A stretch of DNA of 63,767 nucleotides, counting the filler, from Octopus bimaculoides (Eukaryota), in the NCBI RefSeq assembly GCF_001194135.2. It is 7 parts of 6 records of this genome, joined end to end, with 100 filler letters (N's around TTAATTAATTAA, not from the genome) between each part and the next. Parts side by side here need not be neighbours in the genome. Positions count along the whole stretch, not along the records: positions 1 to 21,395 come from NC_068982.1; 6 more parts are not named here. One strand, written 5' to 3'. This document shows positions 1 through 12,458 of this stretch, piece after piece. Each line of letters begins with the position of its first letter. Positions within the stretch are counted from its first letter, which is position 1. The notes under the pieces were generated by a model. That model saw only the letters and a list, made by a program, of their open reading frames with translations, was not told the origin of the DNA and made no database searches. The position numbers and the translations under genes were made by a program.

Positions 1-217
1 TGTCATTTAGCTCAGTGATATTGCCTGTTGTTTCTGTGGTTGTTAGTTCCGTGACGGCCAGGTTTATGCTATTTATTATTGATGTTGTTTTATTGTCTAT
101 TTTGATTTTTGGGAGATATAATCTGTGGTCCATTCTAAGATCTGTGGTTTTCAGTTCTTCGGTTATTTTCATTTTCATAGTATCGTAATTATTAGGTTTC
201 CCTTCGTTATTTCCAGG

Positions 218-303
<86 letters not shown>

Positions 304-600
304 CTCTCTCTCTTTCATACACACATTTACTTTCAAATATTATCAAATATTTCTAGAATCTAAAACAATTGTCTAATCTTTTCTTCATGCAGTTTCGCTT
401 TACCTGTTTGATTTGCGTATCTGCTCTGTTGGATTTCTGGCTTTGTGCATCTTGCAATCCTATAGAAAATATGATGATGGTTTTGCTAAATTTCTTTTGA
501 ATGCTGATCAGACATTCAATTTAAAAACCATGTACAATACATAATAGTAGGCTTTGCATAAAGAGATACTTGAGGATGAGATTGGCCATCTCTATATGTG
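1..600 (-). mobile_element. Decayed R4/Dong-clade LINE, N-terminal ORF relic, split by (TTA)n
   Basis: Manual minus-strand translation with frameshifts gives RW...LCKAYYYV...FKRNL, NPTEQIRK and RLYLPKIK...IINSINLAVTE...GNITELND. The last resembles NITETNNL in the R4 at 39160-41779. Confidence 0.45.
221..301. repeat. (TTA)n microsatellite
   Basis: About 27 consecutive TTA units. Confidence 0.98.
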
Positions 601-1212
601 ATTTAAATTGGCTTGTTTATAGGCAACTCCAAGTCAATAAATATAGAATAACGAAAAACACAGATATAATATCATCTTCGAATAAACTGAAAAATATCAT
701 GTGAGGCTAAAGCTTTACAGCAAATGTTTTGTTGGAATTTCATATTAAACGAGTCTAATACGTTGTCAATTTACCTTGAAAAAATTCAATAAGGATTTAA
801 CAGCTATGCGCATGTTCACAGTTTTAATACGATAATAGGACACAAATCTGTGTAGTATATGTTGTGTTTCGAATATTTTCGCACAATTTTTTAATACGGA
901 GCCGGTTAATAATTCCGTAAGACCTTTGCAAAAGGGGCTGGTTAGTTATTCCATAGAACGTTTGCAAAAACACGAAAGAAAACTTTTGTAAATGTTGCAG
1001 TTGAATAAAGCTTAGGAGAGAGGTTTATGGGTTGCTATCACGTTAGGGATAAAGCAACTATTACAAGGATCAATATAGACGTTCATCTACCTTTCTGTCT
1101 CCATTATCCTTCCGGTAAAAAGCCACATTACTGTGATATGCAATATGACATGGGATAACGAATGACTGTTTTTAATGCTATCAATTCCAGATACTTCCAG
1201 TTGCCAAAAACA

Positions 1213-1252
<40 letters not shown>

Positions 1253-1254
<2 letters not shown>

Positions 1255-1566
1255 TTTACTTGTTTCAGGCATTTGACTGCAGCCATGCTGGAGCACCGCT
1301 TTTTGGTCGAGCAAATCGACCCCAGGACTTATTCTTTGGAAGCCTAGTACTTATTCTATCGGTCTCTTTTGCCGAACCGCTAAGTTATGGGGACGTAAAC
1401 ACACCACCATCGGTTGTCAAGCGATGCTGGGGGGACAAACACAGACACAAACATATACACACACATATATATATATATATACATATATATAACGGGCTTC
1501 TTTCAGTTTCCGTCTATCAAATCCACTCACAAGGCTTTGAAAGGCCCAAAAGATTTAGTAGAAGTC
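1253..1566 (-). mobile_element. tRNA-derived SINE family A (internal TA/CA microsatellite), 5' end in gap
   Basis: Matches copies at 12840, 25722, 29652, 52155 and 54008: GGAAACTGAAAGAAGCCCG core and 3' GGTGCTCCAGCATGGC..CAGTCAAATG(A/C)CTGAAAC end. Confidence 0.85.
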
Positions 1567-2407
1567 NNNNNNNNNNNNNNNNNNNNNNNNNNNNNNNNNN
1601 NNNNNNNNNNNNNNNNNNNNNNNNNNNNNNNNNNNNNNNNNNNNNNNNNNNNNNNNNNNNNNNNNNNNNNNNNNNNNNNNNNNNNNNNNNNNNNNNNNNN
1701 NNNNNNNNNNNNNNNNNNNNNNNNNNNNNNNNNNNNNNNNNNNNNNNNNNNNNNNNNNNNNNNNNNNNNNNNNNNNNNNNNNNNNNNNNNNNNNNNNNNN
1801 NNNNNNNNNNNNNNNNNNNNNNNNNNNNNNNNNNNNNNNNNNNNNNNNNNNNNNNNNNNNNNNNNNNNNNNNNNNNNNNNNNNNNNNNNNNNNNNNNNNN
1901 NNNNNNNNNNNNNNNNNNNNNNNNNNNNNNNNNNNNNNNNNNNNNNNNNNNNNNNNNNNNNNNNNNNNNNNNNNNNNNNNNNNNNNNNNNNNNNNNNNNN
2001 NNNNNNNNNNNNNNNNNNNNNNNNNNNNNNNNNNNNNNNNNNNNNNNNNNNNNNNNNNNNNNNNNNNNNNNNNNNNNNNNNNNNNNNNNNNNNNNNNNNN
2101 NNNNNNNNNNNNNNNNNNNNNNNNNNNNNNNNNNNNNNNNNNNNNNNNNNNNNNNNNNNNNNNNNNNNNNNNATATATATATATATATTTATATATATAT
2201 ATATATATATATATAGATATATATATATATGTACATTGTCTGAAATCAAATATTGTCTTGCATTGGTGGACTGGCTATTCAATTCATATTGTTATTATGC
2301 AATCTTTTAATCAGTTATGTCACGTGTTGTACCTAAATCTGTTTCGAAAACTGGATTTCGAGTTTCTTTTGCAGATGACTTATGAACCGTTGTATTGTTA
2401 CCCTATT

Positions 2408-2800
2408 TGGAGGTGCAATGGCCCAGTGGTTAGAGAATCGGACTCGCGGTCATAGAGCCGTGGCTTCGATTCCCAGACCGGTTGTTGTGAATATTTATTG
2501 AGCGAAAACACCTAAAGCTCCACGAGGGGGTTCCGGCAGCGGGGTGGAGTGGTGAACCCTGCTGTACTCTTTCACCACAACTTTCTCTCACTCTTTCTTC
2601 CTGTTTCTGTTGTACCTGTATTTCAAAGAGCCAGTTTTGTCACACCCTGTGTGACGCTGAATCTCTCGGAAAGCTACGTTAAGGCTACACGTGTCTGTGG
2701 AGTGCTCAGCAACTTGTACGTTAATTTCACGAGCAGGTTGTTCCGTTCATCGGATCAATTGGAGCCCTCGTTGTCGTATCAACCGACGGAGTTCCATGAT
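2408..2800 (+). mobile_element. tRNA-derived SINE family C, near full length
   Basis: tRNA-like head GGAGGTGCAATGGCCCAGTGGTTAGAG...GGCTTCGATTCCC with A box TGGCCCAGTGG and B-box-like TTCGATTCC, followed by a GC-richer body. Confidence 0.75.
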
Positions 2801-3849
2801 TGACACCGTAAAATATAGTGTTTGAATAATGTCTCAAATACCAGTTTCCCTAAAACAATAACTTTTAATTGTATTCTGTAAAAGGGATCTTGTTGCTTTT
2901 AAGTCTCAACTATTTGACTCGCGTTTGCTACTTAGTTACGTCATGATTATTTATCAAACTGGAAGCGCTTTTATCAATTTCCTTAAAAACATTTCTGCAC
3001 TCATTCCAGGTACTTTACATTCTTCATCATGTAAAGTATGTTTTACGTTTTAAACATTCCTCCCGTCTATAGAATATTCTTTGTTCTAAATAGCATTTTG
3101 TTTTTGCTATGTAAAGTGCCTTCTTTGTGTTTAATTAGCGCTCCAAATGACTATTATATATTCCTTTTTTCTTCTATTGTTATTGTCTATTGCTTTAAAT
3201 ATCGAGCGAAGGTTGACAATAAGAATGGAGTTTTAAACGATCTTGTGTTCTTCATAGAGATTCTTCATCTTCTCTGGCTATGTTCTACCAAAACTGTTTA
3301 TCGTATTTGTAATTATTTAAGGTAAAATTCCACTTCATTCCAAGAGGACTTTCTTGAATTGAATTGTAAGCTCAAGCTACATTTCCTGCAAATGCTTATG
3401 TATGATGACTTTCGTCAATGTATTTCAAACTACTAATATGTAAATTATTAATTTATTATAGTAATTTAATCTATAAAACTTCATTATTATTATTATATAC
3501 GCATCGATAACAATGACATTACTATCCTTATTAAAGGTTTTTGATCAGCAGAACCATGTGGTATTAAATTGCGTCGACATTAACTTTGCTTTCCATCGAG
3601 CCAACTATACACCGATGTGATCGGTTGGTTCCTATGGGTGTTCGTGTACCTGGTGCCGGAGTTAGGAATCAATATTGTTATCACTTACAATATTGTTACA
3701 CATAAAGCTAGAAATATCACTGCCAAAAGTTTTTCTCATTCACAATAATACGACATATAGTGTAACACTCACCGTCTGTAACCCCACTCTCTAACTTTCT
3801 CCATAACCTGTTAATATTTTGTTCGGGACTAAGGCAATGGGCTGAGAGA

Positions 3850-3965
3850 AGTTCTGAGTTCAAATACCGCCTGGGTCGATTTAGCCTTCATCATTTCAGG
3901 GTCGATAAACTAAGTACGAGTTGAGCACAGCTCAAAGTTTCTTGTGCCAAAATTTGAAACTAATC
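3850..3965 (+). mobile_element. SINE family B fragment
   Basis: GTTCTGAGTTCAAAT..CGCC..GTCGA...GGGGTCGATAAA...GTGCCAAAATTTGAAAC, shared with other family B copies. Confidence 0.7.
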
Positions 3966-4383
3966 TTTTGTTCGTAACCATTATTCTTAGTCAGAGATTT
4001 TTGCTCTCTACAAATGGAATCGTGGTATAACTGTTTACTGTGCTATGGCATTGATTGCATCAACGGTATTCAGTCCTAATACCATCGATAATATTGCACA
4101 TTATCTCGCGTCGTTTGTTTTGTCTATCGTGCTGTTTCCTTCTTACTGTAGAATGTTTTCACTTCAAACCTCAGTGTATTGCCATTTCCTGAGAAAAGTA
4201 TCAGCTATACGCAAATATATACATTATTGATTTTAGCTGCTCGTGTTATATAGCACAATCTATGAAATATTTGCCATAACCTGCTGACCGGTGAAGACAA
4301 ATGTGGATTGTGCTTTTGGATGTCAAAATTCATTTATGATAGCAGTGACTCTAGAAATAAGCATTATAATATAATTGTACGAA

Positions 4384-4590
4384 TATTCTTTTCTACTCTA
4401 GGCACAAGGCCCGAAATTTTTGCGGAGGGTGCCAGTCGATTCGATCGACCCCAGTACGCAAGTGGTACTTAATTTATCGACCTTGAAAGGATGAAAGCCA
4501 AAGTCGACCTCGGCGGAATTTGAACTCAGAACGTAAAGACAGACGAAATACTGCTAAGCAACGTTCGCCTGGCGTGCTCTCGTTTCTGCC
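4384..4590 (-). mobile_element. SINE family B
   Basis: Reverse complement of the family B body (AAAGTCGACCTCGGCGGAATTTGAACTCAGAACGTAAAGAC on plus). Confidence 0.85.
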
Positions 4591-4609
4591 AGATATGAAA
4601 TATATAATG

Positions 4610-4820
4610 TATTCTTTTCTACATCGCAAAAATCGGCAAACGGGAGGAAGCGCTGCAAAACAAAGACGCACCACGTGGCACAATGACTTCATTCGACGAT
4701 GCCGGTCGGCATACTGATATCTGGGGGTCGTATGAAGTGGCTTCTAGCGGCGGAAGCCTGAATTACAACGGTCTTGTCCCAAAGAGAATGTTTCCGGTTA
4801 CTTTTGAGTACCTTCTCGTA
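4610..4820 (-). mobile_element. mariner-type 5' end (TIR plus leader)
   Basis: Minus strand begins TA CGAGAAGGTACTCAAAAGTAACCGGAAAC, resembling mariner TIRs. No partner TIR or transposase found. Confidence 0.5.
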
Positions 4821-4999
4821 GAAGTGTCCGCTCAACATACTTATCTACTCTCTCGTATTAATGGATATACTCGTCTTCAAAGACTGCAGCGCCAGAATGA
4901 AGTAGTGTTTCTATGCATCAATTTTATAATCAGTAGTTTCACATATTGTCTTTTCATTTTTAACTATTAGCTCGGAACGTTTAAGCAATTATTATTTTT

Positions 5000-6200
5000 A
5001 GACTGACTGCTTCCTTCTGCTATCTTTTACGAAATAGAATATCTGTTACCTTCAAACTTTTAAAATATCTCTGAGTTCCATTTTGATTTTGTCTTTTTAT
5101 TACTTGTATAGTTCTGTACTTTTCTACACATTTCTGCTTGATTATTTACTATTTCCTCAAATATACAAACACACAATTTTTCTTTAAACTCTCTTACTAA
5201 ACTCATACATTTCCTTTATGCTTCTAAGTACTTTTCTAAATGCCTTGTAGTCTTTCCTTTACAAATAATTCTCTCTTGTAACAATGTATTTCTGTGCTGT
5301 GTACCGTTAATTCTATTCTATATTTAGCAGATCTATGCTGGTATTCACTTTAGTTCAATTAACTTACTTCTTATAGTTAATTTGTATACTACGAAACACA
5401 TGGCTACTACATTTATGCATATTTTTCCATAATTGAGTTATGTTTTTTTCCCATTATACTAACTCATTTCATTTTCTTTGTCACTACTTTTATGAGAGGT
5501 TCTGTTCTAATTTTTTATTTAATTATTCAAATACTCTTTTACGCTTTCAGTTTTAATTATTTTGTGCCTTCTGAGAGGATATTTCACACAATTGCGCATT
5601 CTGTTATCACAGCTGATGTCAAGTAGACTTTGAAATAATAAATCTTCCAGCTAGGCCGTGTCTTTCGTAAATAATTTCAAATCACTCATGCAAAATAGAT
5701 GGTTTATAATCTGCTCATAGCATTTTCAATAACTGATGTTTTCTTTCACGTAACCAGTTAGTCATGTGTTAATTCTGATCTGGTTATTAATTGATTGAAA
5801 TCTTTCGCAACAAATTTATGAAATCTTGCTTGATGTTTTCGAATATATTTTAATGAATTTCAGCCATGATCGAGGAGACAGATTGATTTCCAATCCTTTT
5901 ACTTTCCAATCTGAGCTTTGATGCTGCTGTATATTTTCTGAATATTTTTCCATAGTTTACCTCTTATGTGTTGTAGTGCTATCTTGTGCTCTTCTCTTTT
6001 ATAGGGCATATGGCTCCGTAGCCCTTAATAGTGTTTGCTTTAAACAACAAATCAGAGACTGTCATCATTATCCGTTACGATCTTGTATAGTTTATTCTTG
6101 CTAACAAAACTTCATTTCCAGGAAGCTTTTCATAGTTAATTTCATGCATGATTTCCTTTAACGGTAAGTACAATGCGGTTTCCCCACTTAGGAAATAAGA
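5000..6200 (-). mobile_element. Highly decayed R4/Dong-clade LINE RT region
   Basis: Minus-strand IINHLFCMSDLKLFTKD (compare INHLLYMDDLKLF at ~39520), an upstream KLPGN (NWKAPG-like) and a downstream RLYL/GGRG-like remnant. Confidence 0.55.
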
Positions 6201-6521
6201 CCGTGAAGAAAACATGACTTGGTCAACTAAACGCATTCTTTTACAAATTCATTGTCACTCCTTATTGTTCAATATTACCTCTTTCTAGCACAGCTAAAGT
6301 TTTTGTGAGCTAAAGTTATTCCGTTCACCACATTAAGTATATAAGGCACTTAATTATTTCTTGTCCCTATATGTAATATCCTTAAACAATTTGTCTCGTA
6401 TTTTCTCATAGAAGCTCGCGTATATTCTGTACATATGCATACATACCTTTCCTCTGTTGATATACCTGAAATGTTAAAAAACCCTGGTTCGGTGAAGAGC
6501 TCTAAGGCACCAAATTTGTCC

Positions 6522-6596
6522 AGAGCGTGGGCTACTAACCCCAAGATTCCGAGTTCGATTCCAGGCAGTGACCTGAATAATAATAATAATAATAAT
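6522..6596 (+). mobile_element. Partial tRNA-headed Penelope pLTR module (tRNA 3' half plus (AAT)n)
   Basis: AGAGCGTGGGCTACTAACCCCAAGATTCCGAGTTCGATTCCAGGCAGTGACCTG(AAT)n, nearly identical to 60678-60757. Confidence 0.85.
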
Positions 6597-6935
6597 CATT
6601 TAGTCCTCCCACCACCATCTGACAACTGCTGTTGGTGTGTTTACATTCCTACAACTTAGGGGATCGGTCAAAGTGTCGATGGAATAGTGAGCACGCTTTA
6701 AAAACGTAAGTACTGCGGTAAAAGTTGAATGCATAGTCAACGAAGTATTAGAAACCAAATCGATATGTTTCGCAGAGCTCCAGATTACCTTTTATTTTTT
6801 TATCTGTGGGAAATGCAAATATTGGACCAGTTATTCTCTAGAGACATAAATCGAGCTAATTTAAATTAATTTAAATGAATGGTTCAAATGACATGAGTGA
6901 CTCCTAGTTTATCATATTTAATAACAGCAAAATCA

Positions 6936-8115
6936 TTAGTAGAAGAAGGAGAAGGAGGAGGAGGAGGAAGATGAAGAAGAAGAGGAGGAGGTGGAGGAGG
7001 AGGAGAAAAAGGAGAAGAAGGAGAAGGAGAAGAAGAAGAAGAAGAAGAAAAAGAAGAAGAAGGAGGAGGAGGAGGAGGAAGGTGAAAGAAAAGGAAGACA
7101 GAAGAAGAAGAAGAAGAAGAAGAAGAAGAAGAAAAAGAAGAAGAAGAAGAAGAAGAGGAGGAGGAGAAAAAGGAGAAGAAGGAGAAGGAGAAGNNNNNNN
7201 NNNNNNNNNNNNNNNNNNNNNNNNNNNNNNNNNNNNNNNNNNNNNNNNNNNNNNNNNNNNNNNNNNNNNNNNNNNNNNNNNNNNNNNNNNNNNNNNNNNN
7301 NNNNNNNNNNNNNNNNNNNNNNNNNNNNNNNNNNNNNNNNNNNNNNNNNNNNNNNNNNNNNNNNNNNNNNNNNNNNNNNNNNNNNNNNNNNNNNNNNNNN
7401 NNNNNNNNNNNNNNNNNNNNNNNNNNNNNNNNNNNNNNNNNNNNNNNNNNNNNNNNNNNNNNNNNNNNNNNNNNNNNNNNNNNNNNNNNNNNNNNNNNNN
7501 NNNNNNNNNNNNNNNNNNNNNNNNNNNNNNNNNNNNNNNNNNNNNNNNNNNNNNNNNNNNNNNNNNNNNNNNNNNNNNNNNNNNNNNNNNNNNNNNNNNN
7601 NNNNNNNNNNNNNNNNNNNNNNNNNNNNNNNNNNNNNNNNNNNNNNNNNNNNNNNNNNNNNNNNNNNNNNNNNNNNNNNNNNNNNNNNNNNNNNNNNNNN
7701 NNNNNNNNNNNNNNNNNNNNNNNNNNNNNNNNNNNNNNNNNNNNNNNNNNNNNNNNNNNNNNNNNNNNNNNNNNNNNNNNNNNNNNNNNNNNNNNNNNNN
7801 NNNNNNNNNNNNNNNNNNNNNGAGGAGGAGGAGGAGGAGGAGGAGAGAGAGATGATGATGAACGAGAAGGAGATGAAGAAGGAGAAGAAGATGATGATGA
7901 TGAAAGAGAGGGAGAAGGAGGTAGAAGAGAAAGAGGAGTGGGAGAAGAACAACAACAACAAGTAGGAGAAGGAGAGAGATAACAAGGAGAGGAAGAAGAA
8001 GAAGGAGAGGGAGAAGGAGAGGGAGAAAAAGAAGAAGAAGAAGAAGAAGAAGAAGAAGAAGAAGAAGAAGAAGAAGAAGAAGAAGAAGAAGAAGAAGAGG
8101 GAGAAGGAAGAGCAG
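6936..8115. repeat. Polypurine (GAA/GGA)n low-complexity tract with internal gap
   Basis: Long GAA/GGA/GAG runs on both sides of a 628-nt N gap. Confidence 0.95.
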
Positions 8116-8489
8116 TAAGAGCAGTGTCTCGTGACTACTAAACTAATTATTACGTTCAGTCTATTTATATTAAAAAAATTCATTTATGTTAAAAAGATTT
8201 TTAGAAACGGTAATCTATTTTATGCACGGATAAATTACATTACGAAACTAAACGTTGAACAATATTGAAGGACAGGGTATTGTTTTATGATTGTCAGAAT
8301 TTATTGTTTTATTGTATTTAACCGGTGCTAGTTTTTACTAACAGCCAGGAAGTCCAGTAACTCTTTTGAGGACAAGTCAAATGGAATAACACAATTCTTT
8401 AAATATTCGGCAATGATAATCATTAAACCGAATATGAACACTTAAATTCGCTGAAGAGGTGTTGGATTGTAATTTAAGCTAATTAATAT

Positions 8490-8690
8490 TAGCCCAATTA
8501 TAAACGGTGATCTCCCAGAATCGTTAAGCACGCCAGGTGGAATACTTAGCAGCATTTCGTCGGCTTTTATGTTCTGAGTTTAAATTCCGCCTTTTATCCC
8601 TTTCGGGATCGATAAAATAAGGACCAGTTGATGTAATCGACTTATACTGTCCCTCGTAACTATCAGCCCCCTGCCAAATTGGAAGATATT
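8490..8690 (+). mobile_element. SINE family B, degenerate
   Basis: CAGAATCGTTAAGCACGCC...GTTCTGAGTTTAAATTCCGCC...GATAAAATAAGGACCAG. Confidence 0.7.
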
Positions 8691-8841
8691 GAACTACATG
8701 TAAGCATAGTAGTATGTAAGTTCACAACAAATAAATATGTACAGACAACCGTCACACGCGAGTGACTTCGCGAGTTGATATTTGCATACACTGCCATTTC
8801 CTTTACCATTGGCCTAATGTGTCATGCAGCATGCTATAGGT

Positions 8842-9260
8842 CAGGGGTGAGCAATTTACGGTTTGCGGACCGCATGCTGCACGCCATAGAGTTTTCTGCG
8901 GTCCACAGAAGCATTCAACCCCCACAAAATTTTCCAAGTCTAAAATTTTCGTAAACTCAACACGCAAACTCACTGCTGATTTCAAAAGAATTGTAAATAA
9001 GGGTGACAGGTTACATTTGTCTCATTAGATTACTCTTGCTGGCTGATGTGTAATTTGAACAGAAATAAATTTAATGAAACTTTTTCTTGTACCGCCATTC
9101 TTTTAGTTTTATTTATTTATTATTAATATGTGATTTACACTTCGCATTAAATGAAATGTAATGTTAAGTAATGAATACGATCAGTTATAGAAGTTGCGGC
9201 CCTCCGCTAACCACGGCCCTCATAAAGTGGCCCCCTAGCCAAAACAATTGCCCGCCTCTG
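8842..9260. mobile_element. Non-autonomous hAT (Charlie-like) MITE
   Basis: TIRs CAGGGGTGAGCAATT and (reverse complement) CAGAGGCGGGCAATT. Flanking 8-mers CTATAGGT / TTATAAGT match 6/8, consistent with an 8-bp TSD. Subterminal GCGG(A/C)CC motifs present. Confidence 0.8.
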
Positions 9261-9394
9261 TTATAAGTAATTGGGGAGAAACATGTAACTCTTCCTGGCT
9301 AGTTCTTTTTATAGCGGAGTTGAGTGAAGCAACGTGAAATGAAAGTAATTGCTCAAGGACACAATGCCCCGACCTAAAATTTTGGAGTGTTCTG

Positions 9395-9975
9395 TTTTAC
9401 AATTACATTGATCCCGGTATTTGAAGTACTTGTTTTATCGACCCCCGAATAATGAGTAGCAACGTTGACATCTGTTGGATTTGAACACAGAATATAAAAA
9501 GCCGGAAGAAATAGCACTAAGCATCCTTCTCAGATCTTATAATAATGATTTCAAATTTCGGCACGAGACCACTAATTTCGGATTAGGAGTTAAGTCGATT
9601 ACATCAACCCCAATATTTAACTGGTACTTATTTTAACGACCCTGAAAAAATCAAATGAACAGTCGACCTCGACGGAATTTGAATTCAGGACGTAAAGCTG
9701 GACGAAATGCCACTGAGAATGTTGCCAGTTCTCCAGCTTATGATCTTATAATAATAAGGATCCTTTCTAGTTTGGGCACAAGGCCTGGAATCTTAGAGGA
9801 GGCGGTAAGCCCATTACTTCAACGCCAGTACTTCATTGGTACTTAATTTATCGACCCAGAAAGGATGAAAGGCAAAGTCGGCCAAGGCAGAACTTGAACT
9901 GCGAACGTAAAGATGGATGAAACAGCGCTAAGCATTGTGTCCGGCGTGCTAATGATTCTGTCAGCTCGCCAACTT
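9395..9975 (-). mobile_element. Three tandem SINE family B copies
   Basis: Three successive reverse-oriented bodies (~9395-9530, 9548-9745, 9757-9975), each followed on plus by GATCTTAT. Confidence 0.8.
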
Positions 9976-10747
9976 ACGATCTTATGATAATATGAAGATG
10001 AAGAAAGCCATAACCACGCGCATTAACCCGGCAACTGTACGTTAAGTTTTACAAGCAAACATTCTTGCTATAGAGAAGAATACTTGTAAATGCTTTCAAT
10101 TACGTCGAAATACATTGCCTTTGGCTGAAATGTTATTCTCTAATTGTGTCGTCGATAATGTCTATAAAGCGTTCTGTCAAGGTATCACTGTGAAATAATT
10201 AGAAATTAATCGAGCTGTTTTGATAAGAATTGACTTTGCAGAAATCTTAAGGCACTGAAATAAACCCTTTGTTTTCACTTAGTTTAATTCCACTATTTTG
10301 TCAACCACAATTTTGTTTCTCGTTACCGGTTACAAATTTTCTTAATTTATCCATTGTCTTAAATTTGCGTCTCCTAAACTAAATTTACTGCATAGCAATC
10401 ACTACTCAATCAAGAAGTCTTTCATATTGAGAAATTCCACCAATAATCATATTCATTGTTTCCTTCGCTAAATCGCTGATAACTATTAAATTTTGCATAA
10501 TTTCAAATCACCCTTGATTACGATTTCTGTTTTCCTATGTGTGCATCACTTGTGTTTCTCAGCATTACATATTCATACGTGAGCTTTGTTTTTTCTTTCC
10601 GTCTTATTTACATATTGCGCTTAGAGAAATTGCGATGTGCTGTCTTTTGAAATGAAAAGAAAAATAGTAATAACTATAGTGGCTATAATACGTCCAGTAT
10701 TCAAACATACATACATATATACATACACACATGCACACACTCTGATA

Positions 10748-10816
<69 letters not shown>

Positions 10817-11578
10817 CAAATGAAATACAAAAGATGGAATATACGAGAATACGTTATTAATCACAACAATTGTTTCCACACATCTAGCATCGACTCCTCT
10901 TGTGGGACATACAAAATCTGGTTCAGGAGCATTCGGTGGTACAGACGCATTTCGTTGGGTGATAAATAAATAAAAAATCTCGTTAAAATGATTTACCATA
11001 ATGCAATTTTCCGTTTTGTAGAGAGAAAGACAGCCAGGCGGAGGAAAATTCTTCATATATAAAGAAGATCCAAAAATAAAATTGCCGAAGATAAAAAGAG
11101 AAACGAACGCTTAATCCAGCGAGAAAAGTATTAAAAAAAAGACATATAAATTAGAAATGAACCGCAGTCCTTTACAAGCTAAGAACCCAGTGGACTTCAT
11201 GCCATTCTTGGAAGTGTAGTCTATTCGTAGATACAATAGCGACAACATGAATTTCTTCCATCTTCTTGCTCTGTTGGAGTATTTGAGAAAAATTGTATTA
11301 ATATGTCCAACTGGTTAAAATTCTATTTATTTGTGCAGCTGATGACAGCACTGCATTTAAATTGATATAATGATTGCATTGTTCAGTTAAATGGAGCCAC
11401 TAGAAACGGTCGTACTGCATTAATTCTTAATATCCTGTTGCTTATTTTGATTTTATTCACCTTACTTTCGAGCGGTGCGGATAATACAGGGGTGACATGG
11501 TGCTTCAACCTAAGCACCTAATTCAACTGAATCTCAATTATTTCTTTTATATATCTATATATATGGATATATATGTCT

Positions 11579-11611
<33 letters not shown>

Positions 11612-11614
11612 GAA

Positions 11615-11651
<37 letters not shown>

Positions 11652-11898
11652 ATGACAGACAGACAGTGAGAGTTATACAGGGGTAATGCGTGAGGGAGAG
11701 AGTGAGTGCGTGTGAGAGTAGACGAGAGAAAGAAACAATCAATACTAAAAGGTAAATACGGCCTTGGATGAACCTTGAAGCTAATGTTCAGGTCGTTTGG
11801 GCAATGCTGGGAGTATATACTCCACATCATCATGCAAACGATGTATCGCTTGCGGCAACACTGAAGAGAGTTTCAAGGCTTATATATATATATATATA

Positions 11899-12109
11899 TA
11901 TATTATTCAAAAGAATTCCAAATCTGTCTGTTTCTTATGTTTTTATTTATATTTTTATAATATTCTTATAATATAAATGCAGGATATAGAATATATAATA
12001 TATTCAGTAAAATGAAATACATTATATATTCTATATCCTACATTAATATTATATGAATATAAATTAAGCACAAAAAACAGACAGATTTGGAATTCCTTTC
12101 AATAATATA
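11899..12109. mobile_element. AT-rich foldback/MITE-like palindrome next to (TA)n
   Basis: TATTATTCAAAAGAATTCCAAATCTGTCTGTTT pairs with AAACAGACAGATTTGGAATTCCTTTCAATAATA. Inner arms AATGCAGGATATAGAATATATAAT / ATTATATATTCTATATCCTACATT. Confidence 0.75.
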
Positions 12110-12135
12110 TTCGTCTATACACTATCATACAAACC

Positions 12136-12169
<34 letters not shown>

Positions 12170-12458
12170 NNNNNNNNNNNNNNNNNNNNNNNNNNNNNNN
12201 NNNNNNNNNNNNNNNNNNNNNNNNNNNNNNNNNNNNNNNNNNNNNNNNNNNNNNNNNNNNNNNNNNNNNNNNNNNNNNNNNNNNNNNNNNNNNNNNNNNN
12301 NNNNNNNNNNNNNNNNNNNNNNNNNNNNNNNNNNNNNNNNNNNNNNNNNNNNNNNNNNNNNNNNNNNNNNNNNNNNNNNNNNNNNNNNNNNNNNNNNNNN
12401 NNNNNNNNNNNNNNNNNNNNNNNNNNNNNNNNNNNNNNNNNNNNNNNNNNNNNNNNNA

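Noticed and set aside
640-1150. SLFEDDII and PLS..LF RT-like words on minus
   Set aside because: Spacing (~330 nt) is too long for RT motifs 4-5; not supported.
1260-2310. Long ORFs spanning N gaps or microsatellites (also 6936-8183, 13140-14025, 46907-49159 and others)
   Set aside because: Open only because of Ns or simple repeats.
10880-10975. Possible small host exon (NASVPPNAPEPDFVCPTRGVDARC on minus, or after CATCTAG on plus)
   Set aside because: No recognisable homology and no convincing donor/acceptor pair.
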